A DNA stretch of 64,000 nt, taken from positions 627,077 to 691,076 of the forward strand of contig CAVTNP010000004.1 in the NCBI GenBank assembly GCA_963736195.1, written 5' to 3'. Shown in pieces: positions 19,568 through 30,400 of the stretch. The stretch comes from Ignavibacteriota bacterium (lineage in GTDB: Bacteria > Bacteroidota > Ignavibacteria > Palsa-1295). A program made the position numbers and the translations under genes. Position 1 is the first letter of the stretch. Each line of letters opens with the position of its first letter. A model generated the notes under the pieces. It had not been told where the DNA came from. It did no database searches and saw only the letters and a list, made by a program, of their open reading frames with translations.

Positions 19568-20113
19568 ATGGCAAAAGTAAAACTAAAAAGGCACAGCTAT
19601 CGCCTCGACATGACCCCCATGGTCGATGTAGGCTTTTTGCTCTTGACGTTCTTTATGCTTACGGCCAAGTTCAAGCCGCAGTCCGATGAGCCGTTACAGA
19701 TCATGCTGCCGGTTGCCGTGGCGGATACAACAAAGTTGCCAGATGCGAATATCGCTACAATAGAAGTTGGCCTGAAGCCGCGCCCGGATGGACATGTCGA
19801 TACGGTTATCGAATATGGCCTTTCCAATGAAAAGGATCGGGCTCCGGTTTATAAGCCACTGAACCTTCAGGATCCGAAAACGGGACAGCCGCTTACCGAT
19901 CCCGAACTTGCGATGAAGGCCGGTGTAGTGGTGACGAAAGCAACGCTCGAAACCGTAGTCCTGCAATCACGCCTGCAAAATCCTTCCATGCGTTTTGCCA
20001 TCAATGCCGATTCTGCTGTCACGTATGGCACGATCGATGAGGTGATGAAAGTATTGCAGAAGAACGGCGCGACACGCATGAACTTGGTCACGATGAATAA
20101 GGAAGCTCATTGA
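19568..20113 (+). CDS. exbD: Biopolymer transport protein ExbD/TolR
   Basis: LDMTPMVDVGFLLLTFFML motif. Confidence 0.93.
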   Translation: MAKVKLKRHSYRLDMTPMVDVGFLLLTFFMLTAKFKPQSDEPLQIMLPVAVADTTKLPDANIATIEVGLKPRPDGHVDTVIEYGLSNEKDRAPVYKPLNLQDPKTGQPLTDPELAMKAGVVVTKATLETVVLQSRLQNPSMRFAINADSAVTYGTIDEVMKVLQKNGATRMNLVTMNKEAH

Positions 20114-20142
20114 ACGTATAACAAGTATAAGGATTTAGAAAA

Positions 20143-20640
20143 ATGGCTGAAATTGTTCAAGGCGGAGGCCGCAAAGGCAAAGGCAAAAAACGCTCTCGAT
20201 TAGGTGTGCGCTTGGATATGACTCCTATGGTGGATGTCGCATTTCTATTGCTCACGTTCTTTATGCTGACCACCACCCTGCTCACCCCGCAGGTCATGGA
20301 GATCACCATGCCACCGGATTCCAAGATACCGGTCGAGATCGCAGAGTCGAACTTGCTGACACTGCGTATTCGCGCGGATATGGCAGTGTTCTGGAACATG
20401 GGAACCGAAGCACCTCAGCGCATCGCTGAAGCGGATGTCCCTAAAATATTGAAGGAACATCTCCAGATCAACCCAAAGCTTTCTACGCTCATCAAGATCG
20501 ATAAACAGGCGAAATATCAAACGCTCGTTACAATGGTCGATGACCTGAATGAAACACAAGGACTGCTCAAGCAATCAGAAAAACGCTTCAGCCTCGTCGC
20601 AATGGATGATACGGACATGAAGTTGGTAGGCGGATTATAA
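20143..20640 (+). CDS. exbD: Biopolymer transport protein ExbD/TolR (second copy)
   Basis: LDMTPMVDVAFLLLTFFML motif. Confidence 0.93.
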   Translation: MAEIVQGGGRKGKGKKRSRLGVRLDMTPMVDVAFLLLTFFMLTTTLLTPQVMEITMPPDSKIPVEIAESNLLTLRIRADMAVFWNMGTEAPQRIAEADVPKILKEHLQINPKLSTLIKIDKQAKYQTLVTMVDDLNETQGLLKQSEKRFSLVAMDDTDMKLVGGL

Positions 20641-20746
20641 GAATAATCCGGGATTATTTTCATCCCGAACTACACCGTCTTTGGTTTGGTATTTAGCCCG
20701 GGTTGGAATGGAACGGAACCCTGGGATGTGAGAGGAAGGAAAATTT

Positions 20747-21490
20747 ATGGCACTCAGTAATTTAGTATCGGATAAGTTAGAACAATACGGAGGCATTGAC
20801 CTCAAGAAGAATCAACAGAAGTTCTTCTCGAATGCGCTTGGCATTTCCATAGGCCTGCATTTGCTGCTTATCTTGCTTTATATTGGCTGGTCGTGGTTCT
20901 CGAGCGACGAGCGGAACGTGCCTCACGTTCGTATCCACGGCATCGCCGAATTAGCTCCCCCGCCATCGATCGAAAATCAGCAGGAGATGCAGCCCGTTAC
21001 TCCACCGCCGCCAAGTAACGTAGTAAAACCGAATTTGGGTGTCCCCGTGCCAGTTCCGGACGCCATCGCGCCGCAGCTAACACTGCCAGATATGAATCAG
21101 CCGGCACCGCCGGCTGCAGTTAGCGGCAATGGGCCAGTAACTAATGCTCCTGTTGAATTGCATATCGAGCAGCCTGTGCAGGAGGCCGATCCAAGCCCCG
21201 ATGATTTTATTGACGTATCCGATGAACCACACGAGATCCAGCCGCTGGAAAAATTGATACAATATCCTGAGATCGCGCGACGAAGTGGACTCGAAGGAAA
21301 AGTTACTGTCCAAGCGCTCATCAACAAAGATGGCTCAGTTGAAAAGGTCGATGTGCTTAAATCGGATTACGATATTTTCAAGGACGCTGCCATTCAGGCG
21401 ATGAAAAGCGCAAAGTTCACCCCTGCTCGCCAAAACGGTACACCGTTGAAAGTTTGGATCACACGAACGATCAACTTCAAGCTGAAGTAA
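20747..21490 (+). CDS. tonB: Energy transducer TonB
   Basis: TM anchor with SxxLH, Pro-rich linker, TonB_C domain YPEIARRSGLEGKV. Confidence 0.93.
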   Translation: MALSNLVSDKLEQYGGIDLKKNQQKFFSNALGISIGLHLLLILLYIGWSWFSSDERNVPHVRIHGIAELAPPPSIENQQEMQPVTPPPPSNVVKPNLGVPVPVPDAIAPQLTLPDMNQPAPPAAVSGNGPVTNAPVELHIEQPVQEADPSPDDFIDVSDEPHEIQPLEKLIQYPEIARRSGLEGKVTVQALINKDGSVEKVDVLKSDYDIFKDAAIQAMKSAKFTPARQNGTPLKVWITRTINFKLK

Positions 21491-21599
21491 CTATTACTTT
21501 ACATGGTAGTTTCCGATATTGAGTTCTCATCTTCGGAGTGCTTAAGGCTCGAGGATTAGGAGCGACAATATTTGAATTTCTAAATTACGAACGAAGATC

Positions 21600-21893
21600 A
21601 TGCCACACCCAACGCACCGCACCTCTATTGAGCGTGCCCCGAACAAGATCGCGGGAGTGGTATATATCCTGATCGGATTCATGGCGCTTGGAGTTGCCGC
21701 CTTTGTGTATTTTTATAGGGGAACCGTGTCTGACCCCACTTCTAATATTTGGGTAGGTTTTTGTATCGTTATCTCACTGTATGGCCTCTTCAGAATTTAT
21801 ACTGGTATTTCAGCAATACGGCGCGCTAATAAAATGAGGGATGCCATAGATTTGAGTGGGCGACGATCCCAAAGCAAACCTACCGATCTATGA
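21600..21893 (+). CDS. Small membrane protein (2 TM)
   Basis: Two hydrophobic helices; stop overlaps the next start (ATGA). Confidence 0.7.
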   Translation: MPHPTHRTSIERAPNKIAGVVYILIGFMALGVAAFVYFYRGTVSDPTSNIWVGFCIVISLYGLFRIYTGISAIRRANKMRDAIDLSGRRSQSKPTDL

Positions 21894-22792
21894 AGTACCG
21901 TATTTTTCTTCCGACGTTCGCTCTCCTATTGCTAATGGCCTGTGGCAAACAGGAAAGTAGCGTTATCACCGAAACCGCGACCTCCGGAACCTTTCAGCTT
22001 GTAGCCGATGAGGCGCTGAAACCCGCTATTGATAGCCTTGTGACGGGCTTCATGATCGAAAACCCAGGTGCAAAAGTATCTGTAAAATATACCAGCGCAA
22101 CCGAAGCCGTTCGGGAGCTTATCAACCATGACGCTCGCGCGATCATTATTGATCGTTCGCTCACCCCACCGGAGCGTGAAATACTTCAAAAGGATTCGGT
22201 AACATTACCGGAATACCGCCTCGCTGAAGATGGTATTGCTTGTATCGTTTCTGCCAGGAACACGCGCACCACCATTCGTAAACACGATCTGGAGTCAATT
22301 TTCAATGGTATGAAGAATGATTGGGATCCCGTGACGCTCGTCTTTCCTGGGTACCCATCAAGCATAGAGTACGGAATGGATTCCATCCTGAGCAACGGCT
22401 CTGAGCCCAAGTCGAAATTTCTCGTGCGACTTGGCTCATCCGATAGCATTGCACAGTACGTTGCGACACACGAGACGTCGCTTGGATTCATTGGATCTGC
22501 TTGGATACACTGGCTTGAGGCAGGCGGAGATTCCGGACTGAAAGTACTGCCTGTGATTCCCGCCGATTCCAGTTCTCGTGGCCTTATTGAACCCGTGCTT
22601 CTGAACATGGCCTATATTGCTGAAGGATTATACCCGCTTGTCACACGAGTGAACGGATATTCTTTTGAGGTTCCGAACACCCTTCCACGAGGTTTTCTCG
22701 CTTACGCTTCCACTGCGCATGGCCAGACAGTATTTAAGAACTTCAACGTGCTTCCGATCACCCAGCCGATCCGAATCGTCCAAAATAGATAG
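21890..22792 (+). CDS. PstS-like substrate-binding lipoprotein
   Basis: Lipobox LMAC; ETATSG...ADEALKP, LAEDGIA and YPLV motifs; typical position after tonB in Bacteroidota. Confidence 0.85.
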   Translation: MKYRIFLPTFALLLLMACGKQESSVITETATSGTFQLVADEALKPAIDSLVTGFMIENPGAKVSVKYTSATEAVRELINHDARAIIIDRSLTPPEREILQKDSVTLPEYRLAEDGIACIVSARNTRTTIRKHDLESIFNGMKNDWDPVTLVFPGYPSSIEYGMDSILSNGSEPKSKFLVRLGSSDSIAQYVATHETSLGFIGSAWIHWLEAGGDSGLKVLPVIPADSSSRGLIEPVLLNMAYIAEGLYPLVTRVNGYSFEVPNTLPRGFLAYASTAHGQTVFKNFNVLPITQPIRIVQNR

Positions 22793-23040
22793 AAGCACAA
22801 TATGCTCGATGAAAGGGAGTCCAAAGTGATCCATTCGGAACGTCATTTGACAGCGAACCAGGCCTCGACACCGGCCAGGACGCTGCCATGCTATTCCAAC
22901 CCTGGGCAAGGGGATTGTTTCAAATCACCGTTTGCAGCGTATAAGGTTATTTGCGCGGTTGGCTCAATGATCCGCAATGAGAATAAAAGAATCGCTTGCT
23001 CTAGGGGATTCCTTTATGGCCTTTATCGTTTTTGCATCTT

Positions 23041-24735
23041 ATGAAGCGCTTATTTTCATTTTTTTTCGTTTTATTTACTCTAGCCACCGGCGCATGGGCA
23101 CAAGCCCATGACGCTGGAGTCGTAGATGCGATGAAACTCATCGATCTTGGAAATCCCCGCGATGCCGCCGATCAGCTTCGCAAACTGATCGCTAGTGACC
23201 CCAAGAACGCTGAAGCCCATGCCGGACTTGCGATCGCTCTTATTAATTTAAATCAACTCAACGATGCGGCTACCGAAGCACAGGCAGGTTTCGACTTACA
23301 GCGCCATGATGAACTCGTTCGCATTGCTCGTGGAATGGTTTACGGAAAACAAGGCAAAGTGAGCGATGCTCTTGACGAATTTCATCAAGCAATAAAGATC
23401 GATCCTAAGGACGTTGGTGCTATGGTTGCACTCAGCCGGTTTTACATTTCGATCGACTCATTAAAATCGGCAGAAATTACCTTGTACCAAACCCAAGCCC
23501 TCAATAGCAAGGATGTTCGTTCTTACCTTGGCTTGGCAGAATTATACGAGCGTCAGCATATTCCAGATCTTGCTATTTCCCAGTATGAACAGGCGATGAA
23601 GATCGATCCGAACGACGAACGCGTCCACACGGCGCTCGCCGGCCTATACTTGCGGGTCCATAAGTATAATGAATCCGCAAAAGAGTGGCTGAAAGTTATT
23701 CAGATCGATTCTAACTACGCCGATGCCTATTATCAGGTTGCAAGTCTATATTTTCTTGCGAAATTGTATCCAAATGCAGCCACATTTGCTGAGCGCTATG
23801 TGAAGCTGCGTCCCAATGACATTAATGGCCAATGGCTATATGCCAGGGCGCTAACAGAGTCTGGTCAATACCAGCAGGCACTACCGGCGTTACAAGCCGT
23901 TTCCGCTAATGACTCACTTCGACCACTCTCGCAAATGCTCCTTGCTCGCAGTTACTTCTTCTCCAAGGATTATCCCAAAGCTCTGGACATTTATAAAGCG
24001 GCCAAGGCACTCTCTCCTATGGATCTCAGGAATTACGCTGCTATCCTGGTGATTCAAGGTGACACTGCCGGCGGGATTGAGGAGTATAAGAAGTCGCTCC
24101 AAGTCGATACAGTCAGTTCTGCTAAGGATAAGATCGAAACGCAATTGGCATTGGTTAATTTGCTTTACAAAGAAAAGCGGTTCGAAGAAGCAGGCCAGAT
24201 CTTTGATGACATGGCGAAGGCTAATCCTTCTGCACATTGGTTATTATGTGCGGGAGAAGCTTGTTTTGCAGCCAAAAAGCCGGACCTTGCCAAGCAGTAT
24301 TATCAAAAAGCACTCGCGCTCGATTCGAATTCTCTCGAGGTGCATTATCAAATGGCATTCGACGACCTTTCGACCAACGCCGCAGCTCCTGAATCACTCG
24401 AAGAATTTGAAAAGCTGCAAAGTCTTGCCAAGGCTGCCGGAAATACTGATACTGCTGCGACCGCCGAAGGATTTATGGGGTACGATTTTGCCGCAAAGAA
24501 GGACTGGCAAGGAGCAGTTGATCATCTTGAGCCTGCAATAGCCGTGCTTGAAGGGAAATCATCTCAATTCCTTCCGAGCTTTGAACTGCTCTTAGCACAA
24601 TCTTACCATCAGTTGCATCAGTTCACAAAAGCAAAGGAATGGTACGAAAAAGTCCTAAAGCTCGATCCCGAAAATAAGGACGCAAAACAAGGCCTCGAAT
24701 ACCTAAAACAAACGGCACCTTCAAAAAAGGAATGA
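23041..24735 (+). CDS. Secreted tetratricopeptide-repeat protein
   Basis: Signal peptide (AWAQ) followed by many TPR repeats. Confidence 0.9.
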   Translation: MKRLFSFFFVLFTLATGAWAQAHDAGVVDAMKLIDLGNPRDAADQLRKLIASDPKNAEAHAGLAIALINLNQLNDAATEAQAGFDLQRHDELVRIARGMVYGKQGKVSDALDEFHQAIKIDPKDVGAMVALSRFYISIDSLKSAEITLYQTQALNSKDVRSYLGLAELYERQHIPDLAISQYEQAMKIDPNDERVHTALAGLYLRVHKYNESAKEWLKVIQIDSNYADAYYQVASLYFLAKLYPNAATFAERYVKLRPNDINGQWLYARALTESGQYQQALPALQAVSANDSLRPLSQMLLARSYFFSKDYPKALDIYKAAKALSPMDLRNYAAILVIQGDTAGGIEEYKKSLQVDTVSSAKDKIETQLALVNLLYKEKRFEEAGQIFDDMAKANPSAHWLLCAGEACFAAKKPDLAKQYYQKALALDSNSLEVHYQMAFDDLSTNAAAPESLEEFEKLQSLAKAAGNTDTAATAEGFMGYDFAAKKDWQGAVDHLEPAIAVLEGKSSQFLPSFELLLAQSYHQLHQFTKAKEWYEKVLKLDPENKDAKQGLEYLKQTAPSKKE

Positions 24736-24864
24736 TGACCGAAGAGTGAGGACACCATGCCTCCGCGCATTTGCCAAAGCACGTCTGGCGACGGAGCCAA
24801 TTCACTGCCCTTCGCCTCCTCATTGGTTCCGGAATGAACATGGCACTCGTGACGTAATTAGTTC

Positions 24865-25728
24865 ATGCAAGGCAAAATCATCCTGAGAGCACTTCCGCTT
24901 ACGATACTACTATTCGCGTCATGCGGCACAGTCCCAAAGTGTTCTGTGGTACCTGGACCTGCGGAACAGCCTCTTGCTTCGGTGGACGACTCGTTGTATG
25001 CCAATGTGCTCGCACGAGCCATCGCAACGAATGGAGCGGTTAGCTACAGTGAGTTGCGATCCGACACTGAACTTACTGCATATCTTCAACAGATTTCTCG
25101 TGTTCAAACGAGTGCCTTCGTTTCGCGAACGGAACTTCTTGCCTTCTGGATCAACACCCACAATGCCTATGTGCTCGATATGATCCGCCTGAATCCTGCT
25201 CGATCCATTGACGATATTCCAGGCTTTCGCTATGCGAAAATAATAGTGACCGGGGATGGCCAGCGCTATTCGCTGGATGATATTGAGCATGGCATTCTTG
25301 AACATCAGTTCCGAGAACCCCGCGCGTTCTTCGCACTCTTCGATGGCACCCGAACCTCCCCCGCACTTCGGCCGGCACCCTATCAGGGCGAGAGTTTGGG
25401 CGACCAGCTCGATCAGCAGCTTCATCAGTTTCTCGCCGATTCAAGCAAGAACTATCTTGATCGACCTTCCAATTCGTTGTATCTTTCAAAAATATTTCAG
25501 GACTACCATACCACGCTGGAAGAAATGACTTCCGAAAAATTACCAGTGTTCGTCCGAGATTTTGCACCGCCTGCTATGGCCGAATGGATCGCTCGACATC
25601 CGGCAGTTAACCTTGCGTTTCTTACCAGCGACAACAACATTTTTAGCAATGATTTCGGACAAACCCCCTCATCTTCAAATGAACGAAGCCATACACCACC
25701 CAGAAAAACATCTGGCGGCATTAGATAA
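24865..25728 (+). CDS. DUF547 domain lipoprotein
   Basis: Lipobox FASC; LAFWINTHNA, SLDDIEHGIL, EPRAFFAL, LYLSKIF. Confidence 0.85.
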   Translation: MQGKIILRALPLTILLFASCGTVPKCSVVPGPAEQPLASVDDSLYANVLARAIATNGAVSYSELRSDTELTAYLQQISRVQTSAFVSRTELLAFWINTHNAYVLDMIRLNPARSIDDIPGFRYAKIIVTGDGQRYSLDDIEHGILEHQFREPRAFFALFDGTRTSPALRPAPYQGESLGDQLDQQLHQFLADSSKNYLDRPSNSLYLSKIFQDYHTTLEEMTSEKLPVFVRDFAPPAMAEWIARHPAVNLAFLTSDNNIFSNDFGQTPSSSNERSHTPPRKTSGGIR

Positions 25729-26182
25729 AAGTTTTGGCGTTTTTTTTAAAACCGCGGCGGAATATCCTCGGACACTCGTTCGCGAAAAGCCTTCGGAGAA
25801 AGCGTTCAGTGCGACCGAAATTGTCTATCACATGCTCGATGTCGAACGGCTGTGGCAACGCCGCATTCGGGGCTTGCTCGATCATACACTTACCCACTTT
25901 CAGCAAATGGATCCTGATAAAGAGGCGGTCGAAAACCGATATAATGAGAAAGATTATGACCATGGACTTTCCGAGCTAAAGAACGCTCGGAAGGAAACTC
26001 ATGACCTTGTCCGATCCATGAAACCGCGTGAATTCGAGATCGCCGGTACCCACCCGAAATTCGGTGAACTAAACACCTTTAAGATCCTGGAAACCATGAC
26101 CGACCACGATCACCGGCATGAAGCACAGTTGCATCGAACGCTGCATCAGGTTACGCAGCAAAACAGCACCCCCTCCACGTGA
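25679..26182 (+). CDS. DinB family protein
   Basis: FSATEIVYHMLDVE and HDHRH metal-binding His pattern; probable start MNEAIHH. Confidence 0.8.
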   Translation: MNEAIHHPEKHLAALDKSFGVFFKTAAEYPRTLVREKPSEKAFSATEIVYHMLDVERLWQRRIRGLLDHTLTHFQQMDPDKEAVENRYNEKDYDHGLSELKNARKETHDLVRSMKPREFEIAGTHPKFGELNTFKILETMTDHDHRHEAQLHRTLHQVTQQNSTPST

Positions 26183-26940
26183 TCATTGCACTTATTATCG
26201 GTGCGATCACTGGTTGGCTCATGTCGATGCCGATCGGTCCAATAAATGCCGCCGTTATTTCTCGCACGATCAAGTATAGCGCTCGTTTTGGAGTGGCCGT
26301 TGCGATCGGAGCTGGTTTGATGGACGTGATCTACTGCGGCGGCGCCGCACAGATCAATCAATTCCTCGTAAAATCTCCCGTCATCAACCTGGCCTTTGAA
26401 TTTACAGGCTTCGCAGCGCTTCTCACACTGGGAATTCGGCAGCTAACTGTCAAAACAACCGCACACGAACATCCCAGTGAAGAACCGATACCGGAAAGAC
26501 CCGATCGCAGCGAGCGCGTTGCAGCCGCTGCGATCCACAAAATGCATTTGGAGCGAAAAAGCCTGATCGGCCCCTTCACCATAGGGATCTTGCTCTATGC
26601 GACGAATGTAATGGCCGTTCCAGAATGGATCATCGTTTCTGGGCTTTGGCGCAGTTGGGGTCTGCTGCAGTCCGGAGTCGATGTTAACGCCTCGTTCGCA
26701 CTTGGCGCCGGAGCAGGAACCATTGGTTGGTATCTCGTCCTCATTAGTTGGATCTCTAAACGCCGCCGAGGTTTCAAGCCAGCCACACTTCAAAAGATCA
26801 ACTTGGGAACTGGACTCGCCATGCTTGCCTTCGCTGCATACTTTGCCTTTGCAATCGCCGTTAAAACGCAGTGGGAGGATGTCCGGTCTCACTTCGTACA
26901 TAATACTGGAAGCTTCATTGATTCGATTCGAGCGAAGTAA
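26179..26940 (+). CDS. LysE family translocator
   Basis: SMPIGPINAAVI N-terminal motif, multiple TM helices. Confidence 0.85.
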   Translation: MIIALIIGAITGWLMSMPIGPINAAVISRTIKYSARFGVAVAIGAGLMDVIYCGGAAQINQFLVKSPVINLAFEFTGFAALLTLGIRQLTVKTTAHEHPSEEPIPERPDRSERVAAAAIHKMHLERKSLIGPFTIGILLYATNVMAVPEWIIVSGLWRSWGLLQSGVDVNASFALGAGAGTIGWYLVLISWISKRRRGFKPATLQKINLGTGLAMLAFAAYFAFAIAVKTQWEDVRSHFVHNTGSFIDSIRAK

Positions 26941-27113
26941 AACTTTTCACTCGGCGTTTCTTGGATTGCTCACAGAAATGGGTGCCAGTTTTTTTCCTAA
27001 CGAGATCCGACCACCCTCGATTCTAAGCTAATTTCGCCATTTGTGCCTCCCAAAATATTTTTTTTTGCATTAGGAATTCATAAACTGTAGAGTATTTGAG
27101 TCAGTTGCCGCCG

Positions 27114-27231
27114 ATTGTCAATGAACCCCTCCCCTTCCTCATTTCATCTTTGATCTCTCATATTTCATCTTTTCCCCAGAGGGTGCCCATGCTTTCACAT
27201 ACAATCTACGCAATTAAGTGGACGATGTCAA
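27114..27231 (-). promoter_or_regulatory. sigma70-like promoter plus boxA-like motif (copy B)
   Basis: Minus strand TTGACA(27231-27226)-17 nt-TAGATT; ATGGGCACC; GTTCATTGACAAT (27126-27114). Confidence 0.65.
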
Positions 27232-27437
27232 GGGATTTCTGAAGATTCTTCAAAATAAAAAACTATGGCTTGCTTAAAGACAACAACTATCTTTCAATTT
27301 TCAAGCATTCGTACTTTTTTTTCATTATTTTCGTACAAAGCTTGCCGACGCATCTGTGCCCGCCGTTCGTGTTGACGGACCTTATACGCCTGACAAATTG
27401 GTCACTTTTTAGGAACGTATTTCAATTACTTCAAAAT

Positions 27438-30400
27438 ATGAAAAACTCAGCTCACAGCTCACAGCTCACAGCTCACAGCTCTCAGCACCACTCGCCACGC
27501 ACCCATAAGCGAGTAGCAATAATGTTAGCGCTCGTTCTTGCATGTACGATAAGCACCGGGGGGATGCGGGCGCAAATGAACGCGGAGTACAAATTCCGTC
27601 AGCAGAGCGTAGTGAATGGAACTGCTTACGACGCAAATGGCGACCCTGTTCCAGTATTGTCAATGGATTGCTTGGCAGCAAACGGCTATGGACAATGGGC
27701 CTTTAGCTCTACACCCGGCCAGGGAAGTTACGGCGGCATATCAGGAGCAAACGAGTTTCCTGCTGGCTGGTATCTTCTTGAAAATGGTATGTACGCGCCG
27801 AGCGTCGGATGGAAACCCATGGATGCTGTACATCACCCTTACTGCATTCCTCCGGGAGTAGTCCAATCCGGTCCGCTCAGCGGGGGCGCGCTACCAACGG
27901 AATTGGAAGTTACCGCCAATCTCGATGGAACGGAGGATTATGTCTGGCCAGATAGAACAACGTCCGGTGCGACATTTGTGGTCAATCAATTCACCACAAA
28001 TGATGTAGATATTTCCTTAGCCTTTCTCTCGAATCCAACGCCGTGGACGTCACTTTCTAACCCAGGCAACATGATGGTTGTGACAAACCCTATTCATAAC
28101 GCTAGTCCGGAAATTCCAACAAGCACTTCCTGCGGATGCTCCGGCCCCACCTGCGATCACAACGTAGTTACCACTTCACCATACCAAGATGAATTTCAGA
28201 TCACCTGTGACGCACGTTTCCTTTACATAGTGTGGTGCTCTTCTTCGAACTTATGCGCGGCGCCCACAAGCGAAGTATGGGCCACAGTGGTTTATAGGGC
28301 AACACTTACTACAGTTTCAGGTTGGCCAAAAGAACTTGGAAATGGACTAAAACCGACCGTTGCTTGCGACCCGCGAAACAACAGAACATCCAATAGCCCG
28401 GCATTCGAAGCTGCCTGGCTTCGACTTTCGCCTTCTCCAAACATCCGACGAGTTTCTTGCGTGGCTGGAGCGCTTGGAACTCCTTATTCGCTTGCAACAA
28501 CTTATGTCAATCCATCACTGATAACTATGAATTATTCAGGCGTCTCTCACGCTCGCATATTGGTAAGCAGTGCACCAGGCGTATCGCCGACTACTGCGCT
28601 CTATGCGATCGTTCAGGATGAAATGGGTCAGAACGCGCTCGTATTTTACGAATCCGCAAATTCTACCACCGCACCAGCGAACTATGTTGACGGTGTTCTG
28701 GAACCGCCCGATCCCTCGATGGTTTCGCTTGCCTTGACGCCAGGGCCGGTGGTAGATAATTTTATTACTGCCTTTGCTAACCCATACGATTATCTCGATA
28801 ATCATAGCGGATTAGATCTGCCTGATCAGTTCCACTGCGTGTATCAGATGACCACGCCTCCGACATACTCCAATCCACTGCAAATCGTACAGGGGTGCGA
28901 TAACAACACATTTGGTGTAGCGGACACGCGCCTGATTCTCAATCAGTCAGGTAGCGCACTCCTCGGAGACCCAACCAAATACGTTGCCGCCGTCAATCAA
29001 ATGGGTATCCATGTGCATTGGTTATCCAACGATGGTGGAGGAACGCATTACTATGCGCGTGACACTGGCAGGGCTTTCGATGAGCCAATAGAAGAAAATA
29101 CACTCGTCACTAATAGATGCACCGTCGCCAATGGAACGAGCCACGGTGGAACAGTGGGAGCAACTGTAACACGCGGTAGTCAGGTGACAGTCTGGAGCGA
29201 TCCAAACTACGGTCCGCCCGGTGTATCCGGCTCCAATTTTTACGGGCTCTATTCGCCGATAGATCTGACAACCGTCAACAAGTTTGTGGGAACCCTTAAT
29301 TTCGCCGGATCCAATGTAAAGCTTACTGTTGGAGGGGACACCTATTTCGACGACGATTGCGATTGCCAAATTCCCTTTCCTGCTTCACTTTCTGTGATGC
29401 CATTTATTGACTTCTATTTCAACAACGCCGGACAAGGAGTAACGATTGAACCCAATTGCAGTTTCGATTACTGGGGGCTTATCGCAACGCATGGAAGTAC
29501 AACTACAATTGCATCACCTTTTAACACCAACCCCTATAGTCCGAGCACTTCTACGATCGATCTCGAGGGATCTTCCCCCGGCTACCCAGCATATCTGAAC
29601 GTCCATGGCGGTTCCGATTTCTTCCTTGGGGTGTATACTAATCTCATTGAAAATAATAGTGTCACGAACGTCTTTGATGAGGCGCCGATGTACCCTACCA
29701 CGAACGGTACCCCGAATTCTCCGACGGCTACCGGGCACATGACGCTTTGGGCGTATGCAACACTTTCAAATAGCACGATCTATGGAAACGCCACGAATCC
29801 TACCAGCACCTATCCTGGTAATGATGTCATTCTAACAAGTTACGGGACTTTCTCGGCAACTACGGGTGGCGTTTCGAACAACACCAATACCGGCCTGAGC
29901 ACGATTCAATTTGGAGATTATAACGGAAACGGCTTTACCTCTGCGACAATTACAGATGGATTGTTCAGCGCTGCCAATATTCATGCGCTTAATGGAGCCT
30001 GCACGACAACACTTTCCGTTGAGGGTAGCTCGTTCGATCAGCTCCGTAATTATGGCATCTTGGCAGAGGGCCAAACCACCGGTGACCCTGCACAAAACAC
30101 AAGGCCCATCGTGACCATAAGTGGAAATTATTTTCTTGGGTTTGCACCAAATGCTGCCAGCGAAGTGTACCCATATCCTAACCTTGAGAGTGGTCTCGGA
30201 CCTCAGTCATCGCTCTTTGGCATTTGGCTCCGCAATTTCGCGCATATTCCTGAAAGTGATGTGGACTGCGATCTAGAGCCAGGACCATATATCCCTTGGA
30301 ACAAGATCGATGTTGAACTAAATCAATTCCAGGAAACAGGGAATTTTAATGATACCCTTGTGAATAATCTGTCGCTTGGCTCAGCACTATTTATGGACTT

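Noticed and set aside
22802-23044. 80-aa ORF between pstS-like and TPR genes
   Set aside because: No motif and an atypical composition; probably intergenic.
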